Source: an uncultured delta proteobacterium (lineage in GTDB: Bacteria; Desulfobacterota; Binatia; UBA9968). From it: a stretch of DNA of 64,000 nucleotides. The DNA is taken from contig CAWJBB010000066.1 in the NCBI GenBank assembly GCA_963840855.1, positions 25,746-89,745 on the forward strand. Reading direction: 5' to 3'. The position numbers and the translations under genes are program-made. Position 1 is the first letter of the stretch, and each line of letters begins with the position of its first letter. Under the pieces are notes generated by a model that worked only from the letters and a program-made list of their open reading frames with translations, did not search any database and was not told where the DNA came from. Positions 29,493 through 41,516 of the stretch are shown one piece after another.

Positions 29493-31245
29493 TTAATGAC
29501 TCGTGGCTTTGCTCGCATATTTTTGCGATGCCGCGGGAGTCCACCAGTCCAAAGGTCTCAGGCCACCGATGGGAAGCACCTCGACGCCGCGAAAGCGGCG
29601 GCTCACGGCCGATATGGATTTTGGCGTAAAAAGAAATGTGTAAGGCTGCTCGTCGTGAAGAATCCGCTGGAACTCGCGGTAGAGCTCGATACGCTTCTTC
29701 GGATCGAACTCGCGGCGATATTCTTCGAGGATTTTGTCCACCCGCGGGTTCTTGTATGCAATATGGTTGGAGCCTTTGTTTGCCGCTTGGGAGGAATGCC
29801 ACACTTGAAAAGCATCCGGCTCGGTGACGCTCATCGCCCAGCCGAGAATCATCGCGTCAAACTTGCGGTTTCTGACGTCGTCGAGAAAAACCGTCCAGTC
29901 GAGCTCCCGCACCGTGGCCGTGATGCCGTGCTTCTTCAGTTCGTCTTGCAGCGTCAACGCAACGCTCTTGCGCGTGGCGTTGCCTGAGTTGAATTTGATT
30001 TCGAAACGGAACGGCACCTTCTTTCCATCGATGATCTTATCGAGAATCCCGTCGCCGTCGGTGTCCTTCCACCCCGCCTCGCCTAGGAGTGCCATCGCTT
30101 TCTTCGGATCGTAGGGATGGCCGGCGAGGCTCTTGTCGTACTCGGGGCGATAAAAATAAATCGGCCCGTCGACCACCTGCCCGAGATTAAACAGAATAGT
30201 TTTTACCATCTGCTTGCGGTCGGCGAGGTGTGTCATGGCCTTGCGCACCCGCTTATCCTGAAAGATCGGGTGATCGTTGTTCCAGCCGACGATAGGTGTA
30301 GTTTGGCGCGAAATATTCGTACTTTTCGAAATCTTTCTTGAAGCGCTCGGCGCTCGTCTGTTGCATATGTTGCAGCGGTTGCAGGCTCATGACATCCAAG
30401 CCACCGCTTTTGAGGGTCGTCAACGCGGCGTCGATATTGTTGATTACCCGATACCTATGCCGGTCGAGATAAGCCTGATCGATCCCGGGTTTACCGTTGC
30501 CCCAGTATTTGGGGTCGCGCGCCAACTCGACCTCTTGTCCGGTCTTCCATCCCTGAAACTTATACGGGCCGCTGCCCATCGGATTACGGCTAAAGTTTTT
30601 GTTGAACTGGTCGGCAAAGCGTTTAACATTCTCCGACAACTTGGACGGATCGCCGGTGAGATCTTTCACGGTCGTGTCATTCAAGAGATTCTGCGGGTCG
30701 TAGTAATGGCGCGGCAAAACGTCGATGCCGCCGAGCATAGTTTCGTTCAGAAAATACGGTTCTTTGATGTGAAAACGGATCGTATACTCGTCGACAAGTT
30801 GCGCGTCGATCACCGACTCATAGTAAACCCTTGCGAAGGGCGCGTTAACCAAAGGGCATTTAACCGCCTTGACGCTGAAGAGGACATCTTCGCCGCTAAG
30901 CTTGCGTCCGTCCTGGAAGTGGGCGTCGCGGCGAATTTTAAACGTGTAAGACAGTTTGTCAGCCGAAATAGCCGGCCGTGCCTCGGCCAGCAAGGGTTTG
31001 AGCTCCAGCGTGCGCGGGTCGCGCGTCAGCAGACTCTGAACGATATATCCTAAAATCGCGCTGGCGCCGGCGTCGTTGCTGGTGAGGGGATTCAGTTGTT
31101 CGGGATCGCTCAAAATATGCGCCAACAACCAATCGCCGGTTACCGGAGTCGGGGGCGCTTGCCCATGGAGCGGCTGGGAGGGGAGTACGAAAACAGCAAG
31201 CACCAAGATAACCGCTATGGACTTTGGCACAAAACTCATTAGCAC
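29493..31245 (-). CDS. Peptide ABC substrate-binding protein (family 5), split by a +1 frameshift near 30291
   Basis: PEQLNPL and PMGSGPYKF in the first ORF. Removing one base gives NYTYVGWNNDHPIFQDKRVRKAM, continuing into ORF 29493-30248. Confidence 0.9.
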
Positions 31246-31274
31246 TCTCCTAAGCTCTCACCGCACCGCCGCCA

Positions 31275-32096
31275 TTACCCGCCCAGCGACTCGATGGGCA
31301 GTTCCTGCGCGTGAGGCGGTTTTTGCTGGAAAAACAGCTCGGCGGGGAGGGCGGCGTTGAGCTCCGGTTCCTCGAAGCGGATGTCAAGTTTTCTCCCCTG
31401 CGGCGGCGCTTCGATAAATACCCGCGACGGAAACAATCCATGCGGCGTCGTTTTGTAATCGCTGAATCGCGCGCTCAACGCTACCCCTCCGGCGTCGTCA
31501 AAACGTTCCCACCGGGTCGGGACGGCCTGCTCGGACTCGAAGGCCACCAGGTCCTTTTTTCGTCCGTTGGCCGAGAAAACAAGCCCGCTTCCTTCCTGGC
31601 GCCAGGCCAATTTTTCGTCCACCGGCGGCAACCCCACCAACAACATGGTGATCTCCTCTAGTTCCAAAGGAATCTGCGTATAACGAAACAAGTTTCGCTT
31701 GGTGCGCTCGCCGCGCAGAAACAGTCCTTCGCGCGGATGATAACCGACGATTTCCTTATCGTTGACGGTGACAATCAGAATAGCGCCCAGCATCGATAGT
31801 GTTTCGAGACGCAACCGATTCGGCCGCTGGACGTGAACCGCTTCCTGAAAAGTTCGTTTTCCGTCCGGTCCCGAATAGTCGACCCGCGCCAAGGCGCGCA
31901 TCGAGCGAAACTGGCCGTGGCGCTGGCTGAGGGCATCGATGATTTGCGCCGCTTCCCAGCTTTTGACGGGAGCCGCAGGCACAGATGGCGCAGGCGAGAT
32001 GGTGGAGCATCCCGCCTGCGCGAACAACGCCGCCGCGAGCAGCACGGCGGGGCCTCGCACCCTGGCGGGCCGCCCACGCTTCCGGCGCGGGCTCAA
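31275..32096 (-). CDS. Lipoprotein, LolB/DUF4292-like fold
   Basis: Lipobox-like AQAGC; RPNRLRLE..LG; located downstream of a TPR gene. Confidence 0.65.
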   Translation of the reverse strand: MSPRRKRGRPARVRGPAVLLAAALFAQAGCSTISPAPSVPAAPVKSWEAAQIIDALSQRHGQFRSMRALARVDYSGPDGKRTFQEAVHVQRPNRLRLETLSMLGAILIVTVNDKEIVGYHPREGLFLRGERTKRNLFRYTQIPLELEEITMLLVGLPPVDEKLAWRQEGSGLVFSANGRKKDLVAFESEQAVPTRWERFDDAGGVALSARFSDYKTTPHGLFPSRVFIEAPPQGRKLDIRFEEPELNAALPAELFFQQKPPHAQELPIESLGG

Positions 32097-33869
32097 ATCT
32101 TTTTCTCCAGGCGCTGGATCTTTTCTTTGATACGCTTGATCTGATCGTTCTCTTTGGATTTCTTCAGGGCATCGCGGTAACGCGGCAGCGCGCGGTCCGG
32201 TTTGCCGACTTTTAGATAGGCGTCGCCTAGATGCTCGATGATCGTCGGATCGTCCACGGTGATCTCCACCGCGCGCTCCAACTGCTCAACCGCCTTCGGG
32301 TAATCGCCCTTCTGGTAGTAGACCCAGCCCAAACTGTCGATAAAGAAGCCATCGTCGGGCGCTATCTTGAGGGCCCGCGCGATCAGGTCCTCCGCTTCAT
32401 CAAGACGCTCGCCCATTTCAGCCCAGGTATAGCCCAGATAGTTGAGCGCGGCGGCATTTTTGGGATTTAGCTCGATCGCCTTTCTCATGCTCGCGATGGT
32501 TTTTTCTTTGTTCTTGTTCTCGTCGTAGAGCGCCCCCAGTTGGAAATGGGCCTGATCGCTCTTGGGGTCCAGCGTGATGACTTGCTCCATGGCCTGAATC
32601 GCCTTGGGATACTCCTTGATTTTACGGTAAAGCGCAGAAAGAAATGCGTGGACCTCTTTGCGGTCGTTCTTCTTTTGCAACACCGCCAGCAAGGTATCGA
32701 TGGCCTTTCGGTTCTCGTCGCGACGGTCATAAATAGAGGCCTGCTGCACCCGCGCGTCGAAATTCAAGTCGCTTTGCTCGGAAACGCGGCCGAAATGCTC
32801 CAGCGCCTTTTCATCCGCCTTTAACTCCACGTAGGTAGCGGCCAAATAGTAGTGCACCCGGTCATTGTTCGGATCGGAGCCGAGAACCAGGTTGAATTCA
32901 GTCGCCGCGCGCTCGTAATCGCCCTTCTCAAAGTAAATGAGCCCGATCTTGATCCGGGTCTCCCGGGGATCCGCCTCCGCGCTTTGGAGTTTCTGGAACT
33001 GCCCGAGGGCGTCGTCGAGCTTGTTCTGGCCGACGTAAAGCTCTCCCAGACGCTTTCTCGCCCATGTGTTCTGCGCGTTGACTTGCAGCAACCGCTGATA
33101 AGTTTGTAATAGCCTCCTCGACCTTGCTTTCAAGTTCGAAAACCAGGGCTAAATCCAGCAGTACTGCTTCAGACTTTGGATTGAGTTCCAGCGCCTTGCG
33201 GTAGCTTTGCTCGGCGGCGAGATAGAGCTTGGTCTTGGCGCGCACTCGGCCGAGATAATAGTGGCCAAGGGCGGAGTTTTCATCGAGTTTGAGCAACTCG
33301 TCGAGGTGCCCCGTCGCCCTCGGATAATCTTCCAATTGGAGGTACAACGCGCCCAGATAAAGCAGCGCTTCTTGATTCTTGGGATCGATTTTGAGGACCT
33401 CGTCGTACTGGCGGATCGCGTTTTTGGTGTCACCATGAGACGAATGCAGGCCAGCGAGCAACAGTCTGGTCTCGACGTTGTTCGGCTCTTCGACGGCGGC
33501 GGCTTCGGCTTCCGTTAGGGCCTTTTTGAGATCGCCCCTGCGCAAATAGAGGGTCGCCAGACGAAAATGCAGGAAGGCGTCGCTTGGGCTGGCTTGAGCG
33601 GCGGCTTCGAATTCCTTTATGGCGTCATCGAAGGCACCTTCCTGAATCAACAATTGCCCTTTGATAAAGTGGGAAAGCGCCCTGGCCTCGGCGGACATTT
33701 TGGTCTTGCCGGCCTGCACCAGCGGGGCTTCGATTCCCCAGTTGATTATACCATCCGAGGATGACGGTTTTTCAGTGGTCGTTGCAGCGCAGCCGTAGAG
33801 GATCGCGAGCAAAGCGGCTGCTCCAAATAAACGGCGGTTCATCGAAAGAACGGTTAACATACCCATCAT
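32093..33869 (-). CDS. Tetratricopeptide-repeat lipoprotein, split by a +1 frameshift near 33105
   Basis: Lipobox LYGC; TPRs in both ORFs; ALNYLGY, DSLGWVYY and EHLGDAY motifs. Removing one base joins EEAI to TYQRLL. Confidence 0.9.
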
Positions 33870-33980
33870 GGACGGTCAACGTAGCGGCGGTCCGGCTTCA
33901 TTCACCAATAGGATTATGTTACTTCTCTTCGCATAAACTCACAACTGCAAGCGATTTTTTTTCGACTCACTTAAGAAACC

Positions 33981-35994
<2,014 letters not shown>

Positions 35995-36117
35995 ATCGAT
36001 TAAATGCGCATCGGGCTTTAACGGAGGTGAAGGTTCCCGGCGGCTGCGAGCGCAGCGCTATCGGGCTCGTTTTTCCCGAATCCGGGAGCCCGAAAAAAGT
36101 ATTTGGCAGGATGCGAT

Positions 36118-36420
36118 TTAAAACCGGTCGCGGCGCGGCGGTCTTCCGCCGCCGCCCCCCATGGGGCGTGGCGCCTGCGGACGAGCTTCGCTCACGACGA
36201 TATTGCGGCCTTCGAAATCGGTGCCGTTCAAGGCAGTGGTCGCTTTCTGGGCTTCTGCGTCGGAACCCATTTCAACGAAGCCAAAGCCTTTTGACCGGCC
36301 GCTGAACTTGTCAGTGATGATGCGCGCGCTCACCACCGCGCCATGCTGCGCGAAATGTTGCTGGAGCCTTTCTTCCGTGGCGGAATACGGAAGGTTCCCG
36401 ACGTATAACTTTGCTCCCAT
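36118..36420 (-). CDS. RRM-domain RNA-binding protein
   Basis: RNP2 LYVGNL, RNP1 KGFGFVEM, Gly/Arg tail and GAGGAGG RBS. Confidence 0.95.
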   Translation of the reverse strand: MGAKLYVGNLPYSATEERLQQHFAQHGAVVSARIITDKFSGRSKGFGFVEMGSDAEAQKATTALNGTDFEGRNIVVSEARPQAPRPMGGGGGRPPRRDRF

Positions 36421-36664
36421 GGTGCCCTCCTCGCTGTCTCGGCGAACGCTAAAATAGATCGGGATCGACTTATCCAAAGGGCAAAGCCTCAAACCGTCTC
36501 ACTTACGGTAATCCATCTCTCGGCGCGCTCTTCGGTAACCAGACCCTGTGAAAACGGCGACAGCCTACCTAAGTCGTCGGTGCCTTGTCAAATTAAAACT
36601 CAGCGCAAACTTGCCGTCACAAACTTGTTGCGGGGTCATGGCGCGTGGGATAAAAAATGGCCCT

Positions 36665-36955
36665 ATGGAAGCGGATCGAAACCACGCTCGCGCCCATCTA
36701 ACGATTCACGGCCGGGTTCAAGGCGTTTATTTCCGCGCTTCGGCGGTGTATGAAGCGCAAAATCTCGGCCTAACCGGTTGGGTCAGAAATTGTCCCGACG
36801 GTTCAGTTGAAGCAGTAGCGGAAGGCCCGAGAGATAAACTTGATGATCTCGTCGCTTGGTGCCGCAAAGGACCCACCGGCGCCCGGGTAACCCAAGTAGA
36901 CGTTAGCTGGGCGCCTGCCCAAAATGATTTTCAGGGTTTCGGTATCCGGCGCTAG
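36665..36955 (+). CDS. acyP: Acylphosphatase
   Basis: GRVQGVYFR and GWVRNCPDGSVE motifs. Confidence 0.93.
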   Translation: MEADRNHARAHLTIHGRVQGVYFRASAVYEAQNLGLTGWVRNCPDGSVEAVAEGPRDKLDDLVAWCRKGPTGARVTQVDVSWAPAQNDFQGFGIRR

Positions 36956-37020
36956 ACATCCATGCCGCTCAAAATGCTGATCACAGCCGGCTCAGCAAGC
37001 CCGGAGAGGAGCGGAGTAAA

Positions 37021-37090
37021 TTTCGGGTCCCGCGTCTAGAGTTTAGAGTTTAGTGTTAACCCAGGACCCTAGACGCGAGACTTTAGACTA
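37021..37090. repeat. Inverted heptamer repeats (CTAGAC/AGACT type) between convergent genes
   Basis: cgggtcccgcgtctagagtttagagtttag ... caggaccctagacgcgagactttagact. Confidence 0.6.
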
Positions 37091-37099
37091 ATATCGTGT

Positions 37100-37945
37100 T
37101 TAGATATCTTGCTCCGAACTCTTGCTAGCCAGGGCCAGTCTATACACCTCGCGTTTGGGCAACGCGTGTCGTTCGCCCAGCAACTCCGAGATCTGCTTCA
37201 CTCCCATCCCTTCCCGTTGCAATCTCTTGATTTCGGCTAACAACAGTTCCTGGGAAACACGGGACTCAGCAGCCGCCGAGCCGCGGACTATGATCGTGAC
37301 CTCGCCTTTAATATCGCGCTCGCTGACTTGGCGAATCAAATCGCTCACCGGTGCTCGGAGAAACTCTTCGTGAAGCTTCGTGATTTCGCGCGCGATAACT
37401 AGTTGGCGATCGCCGAGGGAATGGTGTATATCGTCGAGCGTATCTTTGAGCCGGTGCGGCGCTTCGTAGAAGACCAGCGTTCGCTTTTCATCGCCCAGCG
37501 CGAGCAATCTCTCCCGTCTTTCCTTCTTTTTCTCCGGCAAAAATCCTTCGAAAACGAAGCGATCGGTGGGTAGCGCCGCGGCACTCAGCGCCGCAGTTAG
37601 CGCCGCGGGTCCCGGTATCGGCGTGACCTGAACTGCCGCCGCGACCGCGGCAACCACCAGCCGGTAACCGGGATCGGATATGGCCGGCGTTCCGGCATCC
37701 GACACCAGCGCGACACGCTCGCCGCGAAACAGGCGTTCGACCAGCGCCGGCGCTTTGGTTCTCTCGTTGTGCTCATGATAGCTCGTGAGCGGCGTGTGAA
37801 TATCGTAATGGCTCAAAAGCTTTTGCGTGTGGCGGGTGTCCTCGGCGGCAATCAGATCAGCTTCCTTGAGAACCCGCAATGCCCTGAGCGTGATGTCCTC
37901 AAGATTGCCGATGGGCGTGGCGACGATGTATAAAACCCCGGCCAT
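37100..37945 (-). CDS. rsmI: 16S rRNA (C1402-2'-O)-methyltransferase
   Basis: LYIVATPIGNLEDIT, AAEDTR, VSDAGTPAISDPG and REITKLHEE motifs. Confidence 0.96.
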   Translation of the reverse strand: MAGVLYIVATPIGNLEDITLRALRVLKEADLIAAEDTRHTQKLLSHYDIHTPLTSYHEHNERTKAPALVERLFRGERVALVSDAGTPAISDPGYRLVVAAVAAAVQVTPIPGPAALTAALSAAALPTDRFVFEGFLPEKKKERRERLLALGDEKRTLVFYEAPHRLKDTLDDIHHSLGDRQLVIAREITKLHEEFLRAPVSDLIRQVSERDIKGEVTIIVRGSAAAESRVSQELLLAEIKRLQREGMGVKQISELLGERHALPKREVYRLALASKSSEQDI

Positions 37946-37963
37946 GGTCGAAACCCTCTGTGC

Positions 37964-38025
37964 CGATCGAGGATGGAATACAGGGGATCGTGCTATTCTC
38001 AATCCTCTATTTGCTATTCTCGACC
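37964..38025. repeat. Degenerate GAGGATG/ATCCTC heptamer inverted repeats
   Basis: gatcgaggatggaatacagggg ... ctattctcaatcctctatttgctattctcga. Confidence 0.55.
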
Positions 38026-38029
38026 ATCT

Positions 38030-38854
38030 TCACTTGCCCCAGTCCCTCGAATATCTAAAATCGCGGTCAATCGTCCGCTGGGAGACTTTGGCGATAACGG
38101 GGAGGCGTCGTTTGAACTGCGAGGTCATGATCCGCGCGGAAATGTCGTCGATGAAATGCTCTGGAAAATCCGCGGCGATCAGTTCCGCGCGGGTATAGCG
38201 CTGATCGACCATGAGATAGAACAGGCGATCGACGTCCTCATAACTGAATCCCAATTCTCCTTCGTCGGTCTGCCCATGCCAGAGGTCCGCCGACGGGGGC
38301 TTGCGCACGATGGCAATGGGCACGCCGATCGCTTCCGCCAGGGCCCAGACTTGCGTTTTATAGAGATCGCCAAGCGGGTTGATGGCCGACGCCATGTCGC
38401 CGTAGAGCGTCCCGTAGCCCAGCAGCAATTCGGTCTTGTTGCTGGTGCCGAGAACCAGCGCGTTCCAGCGCGCCGAATGATCGTAAAGGATCGTCATCCG
38501 TTCCCGAGCCATTTTGTTGCCGCGCCGTCTGGCGTCAGCGTCGGGAAATCGCTCAAAATAGGCATCGATCTGCGGCGTGATATCCACCAGCAAAGATTCG
38601 ATGCCGCTCTTTTGCACCACCATTTCTGCGTGCTCGCGGCTCTCGGGATTGGAGTTCTTGTAGGGCATTAAGATCGCCAGGACATTCTTCGGCCCGAGAG
38701 CCTCGGCGGCGAGCATCGCGCTCAGACCTGAATCGACACCGCCGGACAAGCCCACGACTACTTTGTTCAGGCCGGTCTTGTGGACTTCGTTGCGGATGAA
38801 AACGATGAGAATCTCGCGCAGGAGAGAAGTGTTGGTGGGAATTTGGATCATCAA
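38030..38854 (-). CDS. nadE: NAD+ synthetase (synthetase-only subunit)
   Basis: [30 protein letters not shown] and PPSADLW.GQTDE motifs. Confidence 0.95.
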   Translation of the reverse strand: MMIQIPTNTSLLREILIVFIRNEVHKTGLNKVVVGLSGGVDSGLSAMLAAEALGPKNVLAILMPYKNSNPESREHAEMVVQKSGIESLLVDITPQIDAYFERFPDADARRRGNKMARERMTILYDHSARWNALVLGTSNKTELLLGYGTLYGDMASAINPLGDLYKTQVWALAEAIGVPIAIVRKPPSADLWHGQTDEGELGFSYEDVDRLFYLMVDQRYTRAELIAADFPEHFIDDISARIMTSQFKRRLPVIAKVSQRTIDRDFRYSRDWGK

Positions 38855-38860
38855 TCGAGC

Positions 38861-39790
38861 CTATCGCCCGCGCCTGCTTTTTTTCGACTTCCTCGGACCT
38901 TGAACTTTTGACCCCTTGAACTCTCGAACGACCGCCGCCGCCGCCGGCCGCCCGCGAATCCGCATCAACTCATTGATCGTGAGATCGATGTCTTCATCGC
39001 GCAAGAGCGGCGACATGGTCCGCTTGCGCCGCACGGCTTCCAGCGCAACTTCGCTGACGATGAAATCTTCGTCATAGTATTTCGCCTTGGCGAGCCGCTG
39101 GCCGAAGGGATCGACGACCTCCGAGCCGCCCCAGAAACCAACTCCGTCCTCGAATCCCGAGCGGTTGCCGTAAAGCATGAATAAGCTGAACGTCTCGGCA
39201 TAGGTACGGTTGATCATCTCCCAATAGCGCGCGTTGTCGTCCTGGGCCTGGCCGTTCACGATGCCGCGCAGCGGGCTCGACGACGGGCAAAGCACCGCCC
39301 GCGCGCCGTCCAAAGCCGCCAGATAGATCGTCGAGGTATGCCAGAGATCCTCGCATATCAATATCGCCAGTCGGCCGAACTTCGAATCAAAGGCGCGCAC
39401 GCGGTCACCGCGCGCGAAGTAGCGCTGCTCGTCAAACATGCCGTAGGTGGGTAGATACACTTTTCGGTGGACGTGGCGAATCTCGCCGTCCTCGAAATAG
39501 ACCGCCGCGTTAAAAAAGCGATGGTCAGCGCTTTCTTCCACCAGACCGGCGACGAAGGGGAGTCCGCGGCTCAACTCCTTGAGCTTTTTCATTTCCGGCG
39601 AGCGCGTCGTCAGCGCCACATCCGGAACCGTGTCGCGCAAGAAGTAGCCCGTGAGGCTCAGTTCGGGAAAGAGCAGAAGATCGGCCCCCGCTTCCCTTCC
39701 CTGGTGGATCTTTGTCTCGTAGAGCGCCATGTTGGCCTGGAGGTCTCCGAGCTTCGGGTTGATTTGGGCAATGGCAACGCGCGTCGGCAC
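38861..39790 (-). CDS. Nitrilase / carbon-nitrogen hydrolase, probable glutaminase subunit of NAD synthetase
   Basis: Triad motifs FPEL, HRKVYLPTYGMFDEQRYF and ICEDLW; immediately upstream of nadE. Confidence 0.88.
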   Translation of the reverse strand: MPTRVAIAQINPKLGDLQANMALYETKIHQGREAGADLLLFPELSLTGYFLRDTVPDVALTTRSPEMKKLKELSRGLPFVAGLVEESADHRFFNAAVYFEDGEIRHVHRKVYLPTYGMFDEQRYFARGDRVRAFDSKFGRLAILICEDLWHTSTIYLAALDGARAVLCPSSSPLRGIVNGQAQDDNARYWEMINRTYAETFSLFMLYGNRSGFEDGVGFWGGSEVVDPFGQRLAKAKYYDEDFIVSEVALEAVRRKRTMSPLLRDEDIDLTINELMRIRGRPAAAAVVREFKGSKVQGPRKSKKSRRGR

Positions 39791-39924
39791 TGATCAGTCT
39801 CCATGCAAAAAATAAACGAAATTCTCGCGAAGGTAACATAGGCCATGAGTCAGTTGCAATTTAGCCGACCCGCGCCTTATGATGAGAGGCGCCAGCATAC
39901 TTATACCCCTAAAGGCACTATTGC

Positions 39925-40152
39925 ATGTCAGAAGAAAAAGTACAGATTTTTGGCCAGGACCTCTGCCCCTACACCTCGGAAGCCCGTAAGGATTTCTCCC
40001 GCCGCAAGATTCCCTTCGAGTATGTCAACGTGCTCGAGGACCCTGCCGGCCTGGAGCGCATGCTAGAGATTACTAAAGGACGGCGAAAAATTCCGGTCAT
40101 CGTGGACGCGGGCAAAGTAACTATTGGTTTTGGCGGCAGCTGAGAAGTCTAG
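39925..40152 (+). CDS. Glutaredoxin-like UXX-star (seleno)protein; TGA 40141-40143 probably Sec
   Basis: CPYT motif, IPVIV, C-terminal GFGGS-TGA-GAA-GTC-TAG (U-E-V-stop), followed by a SECIS-like hairpin. Confidence 0.8.
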
Positions 40153-40153
40153 C

Positions 40154-40172
40154 GGACCGGCGGCGCCGGTCT
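40154..40172 (+). promoter_or_regulatory. Putative bacterial SECIS hairpin
   Basis: GGACCGGC-GGC-GCCGGTCT; the stem starts about 11 nt after the TGA and the loop begins with G. Confidence 0.6.
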
Positions 40173-40179
40173 TCATAGG

Positions 40180-40205
40180 CTTGAACTGTCTGCCGACAGT
40201 TCAAG
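40180..40205. terminator. Perfect 11-bp hairpin between convergent genes
   Basis: CTTGAACTGTC-TGCC-GACAGTTCAAG; no clear U-tract. Confidence 0.4.
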
Positions 40206-40262
40206 TAGTTGCAATTGTTCGAGACGTCGAACCCTTCCACCTTATGCCTTTCGCCTCATGCC

Positions 40263-41495
40263 TCACGCCTTTTTGAGCGTTAGGTGAGCGATTTGCGGGG
40301 CGCAGTTGATGCGGACCGGGAGCCCGGAAATACCCACGCCGCGCCCGACAAAGAGGGTTGAATTGCGTTTGTCCGTTTCGTGCGGCGATGCCGCCCGTGG
40401 CAGCTGAAAAAACCCTTCAGCGTAGGGCGTGAGGAAACGCGCGATGGAAAGACTTTCCGGATGGCGCGCCAGCTTTATTTGCCCGCCATGGTAGTGTCCT
40501 GAGAGAACCAGATCGACTCCGGCCCGTACCGCCTGGGGAAAAATTTCCGGCCGGTGCGACAGCAGGATCTGCACTTCGCCGCCTTCGTGCTCAATCTCGG
40601 CGCGGGCTCGATATAAATCAGGTCGTCCCGCGCGCAAATCATCGATGCCGAGAACGGCGAGCCGGGTGTTTTCGACCGGCAGTGAAACACCGTGATTGCG
40701 CAGCACGCGGATGCCATTTCCTTCAAGCCCGCGAGTGAGGAGATCGTCGGCTTTGGCGTAAATTTCGTGGTTGCCGATGCACGCGAAGATGCCGTAACGC
40801 GCTTTGAGACCGGCCAAGGTCTGGACGCAGGGCGCAACCTCGTTTGGACTGCCGGCGATGAAATCGCCGGTCAAGGCGATCAGGTCGGGTTTCAGCCGGT
40901 TGGCGGATTCGACGAATGCGGCCAACTCCTCCGCCGTCATAAAGGGTCCGAAGTGGATGTCGGTGAGCTGCACGACGGAAAAACCGGATAGAGCGGACGA
41001 AAGACCGTGGATGGGCACGGTAAAATGGTCGATATCGAACTGCCGCCGTTCCACCGCCACGCCATAGCCTGAGAGCACGAACGGCGCTGCCGCCGCCAAG
41101 CCGGCGCTCTGCTGCAAGAACTGCCGTCGCCCTAAATCGGGCTGAGGCGGTCGCAGTTGCCGGGCGCAAAATGGATTAGCGCCACGGAACAGGCTATAAA
41201 TAAATAGAACTGCCGCGCAGCCCATAGAGCCGAAACCCCAGATGTGCGCCGCGTCGTACAGCGCCTGAAGGGGGATCCAACCCGCCCAACCGCCGGAGCG
41301 GCCAAGAAACGCGGGGTACGCCAGAGGCGCCAGCATCAGGGCTAAGAAGGTCGCGGCGCCGAACAGAATGGTCCCGCGTAGCAGTGGGCGTTTGATTTTG
41401 TCACGAACATACCCACGCAGGCGCAAAAATAGGTATAATTGGAGCGCTAAAGAGACGCTCAAGAACAGCGTCAAAAAAGACATTGGCAGTCGCAT
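40263..41495 (-). CDS. Membrane metallophosphoesterase (YkuE/YaeI-like)
   Basis: DIH, GDF, GNHE, LSHRP and GHYHGGQ motifs; N-terminal TMs. Confidence 0.92.
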   Translation of the reverse strand: MRLPMSFLTLFLSVSLALQLYLFLRLRGYVRDKIKRPLLRGTILFGAATFLALMLAPLAYPAFLGRSGGWAGWIPLQALYDAAHIWGFGSMGCAAVLFIYSLFRGANPFCARQLRPPQPDLGRRQFLQQSAGLAAAAPFVLSGYGVAVERRQFDIDHFTVPIHGLSSALSGFSVVQLTDIHFGPFMTAEELAAFVESANRLKPDLIALTGDFIAGSPNEVAPCVQTLAGLKARYGIFACIGNHEIYAKADDLLTRGLEGNGIRVLRNHGVSLPVENTRLAVLGIDDLRAGRPDLYRARAEIEHEGGEVQILLSHRPEIFPQAVRAGVDLVLSGHYHGGQIKLARHPESLSIARFLTPYAEGFFQLPRAASPHETDKRNSTLFVGRGVGISGLPVRINCAPQIAHLTLKKA

Positions 41496-41516
41496 GTTAA
41501 AAAATCATTATAAGCC

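Noticed and set aside
41085-41140. Internal twin-arginine-like motif (GRRQFLQQ) in the metallophosphoesterase
   Set aside because: This is a common feature of this membrane phosphoesterase family, not novel.
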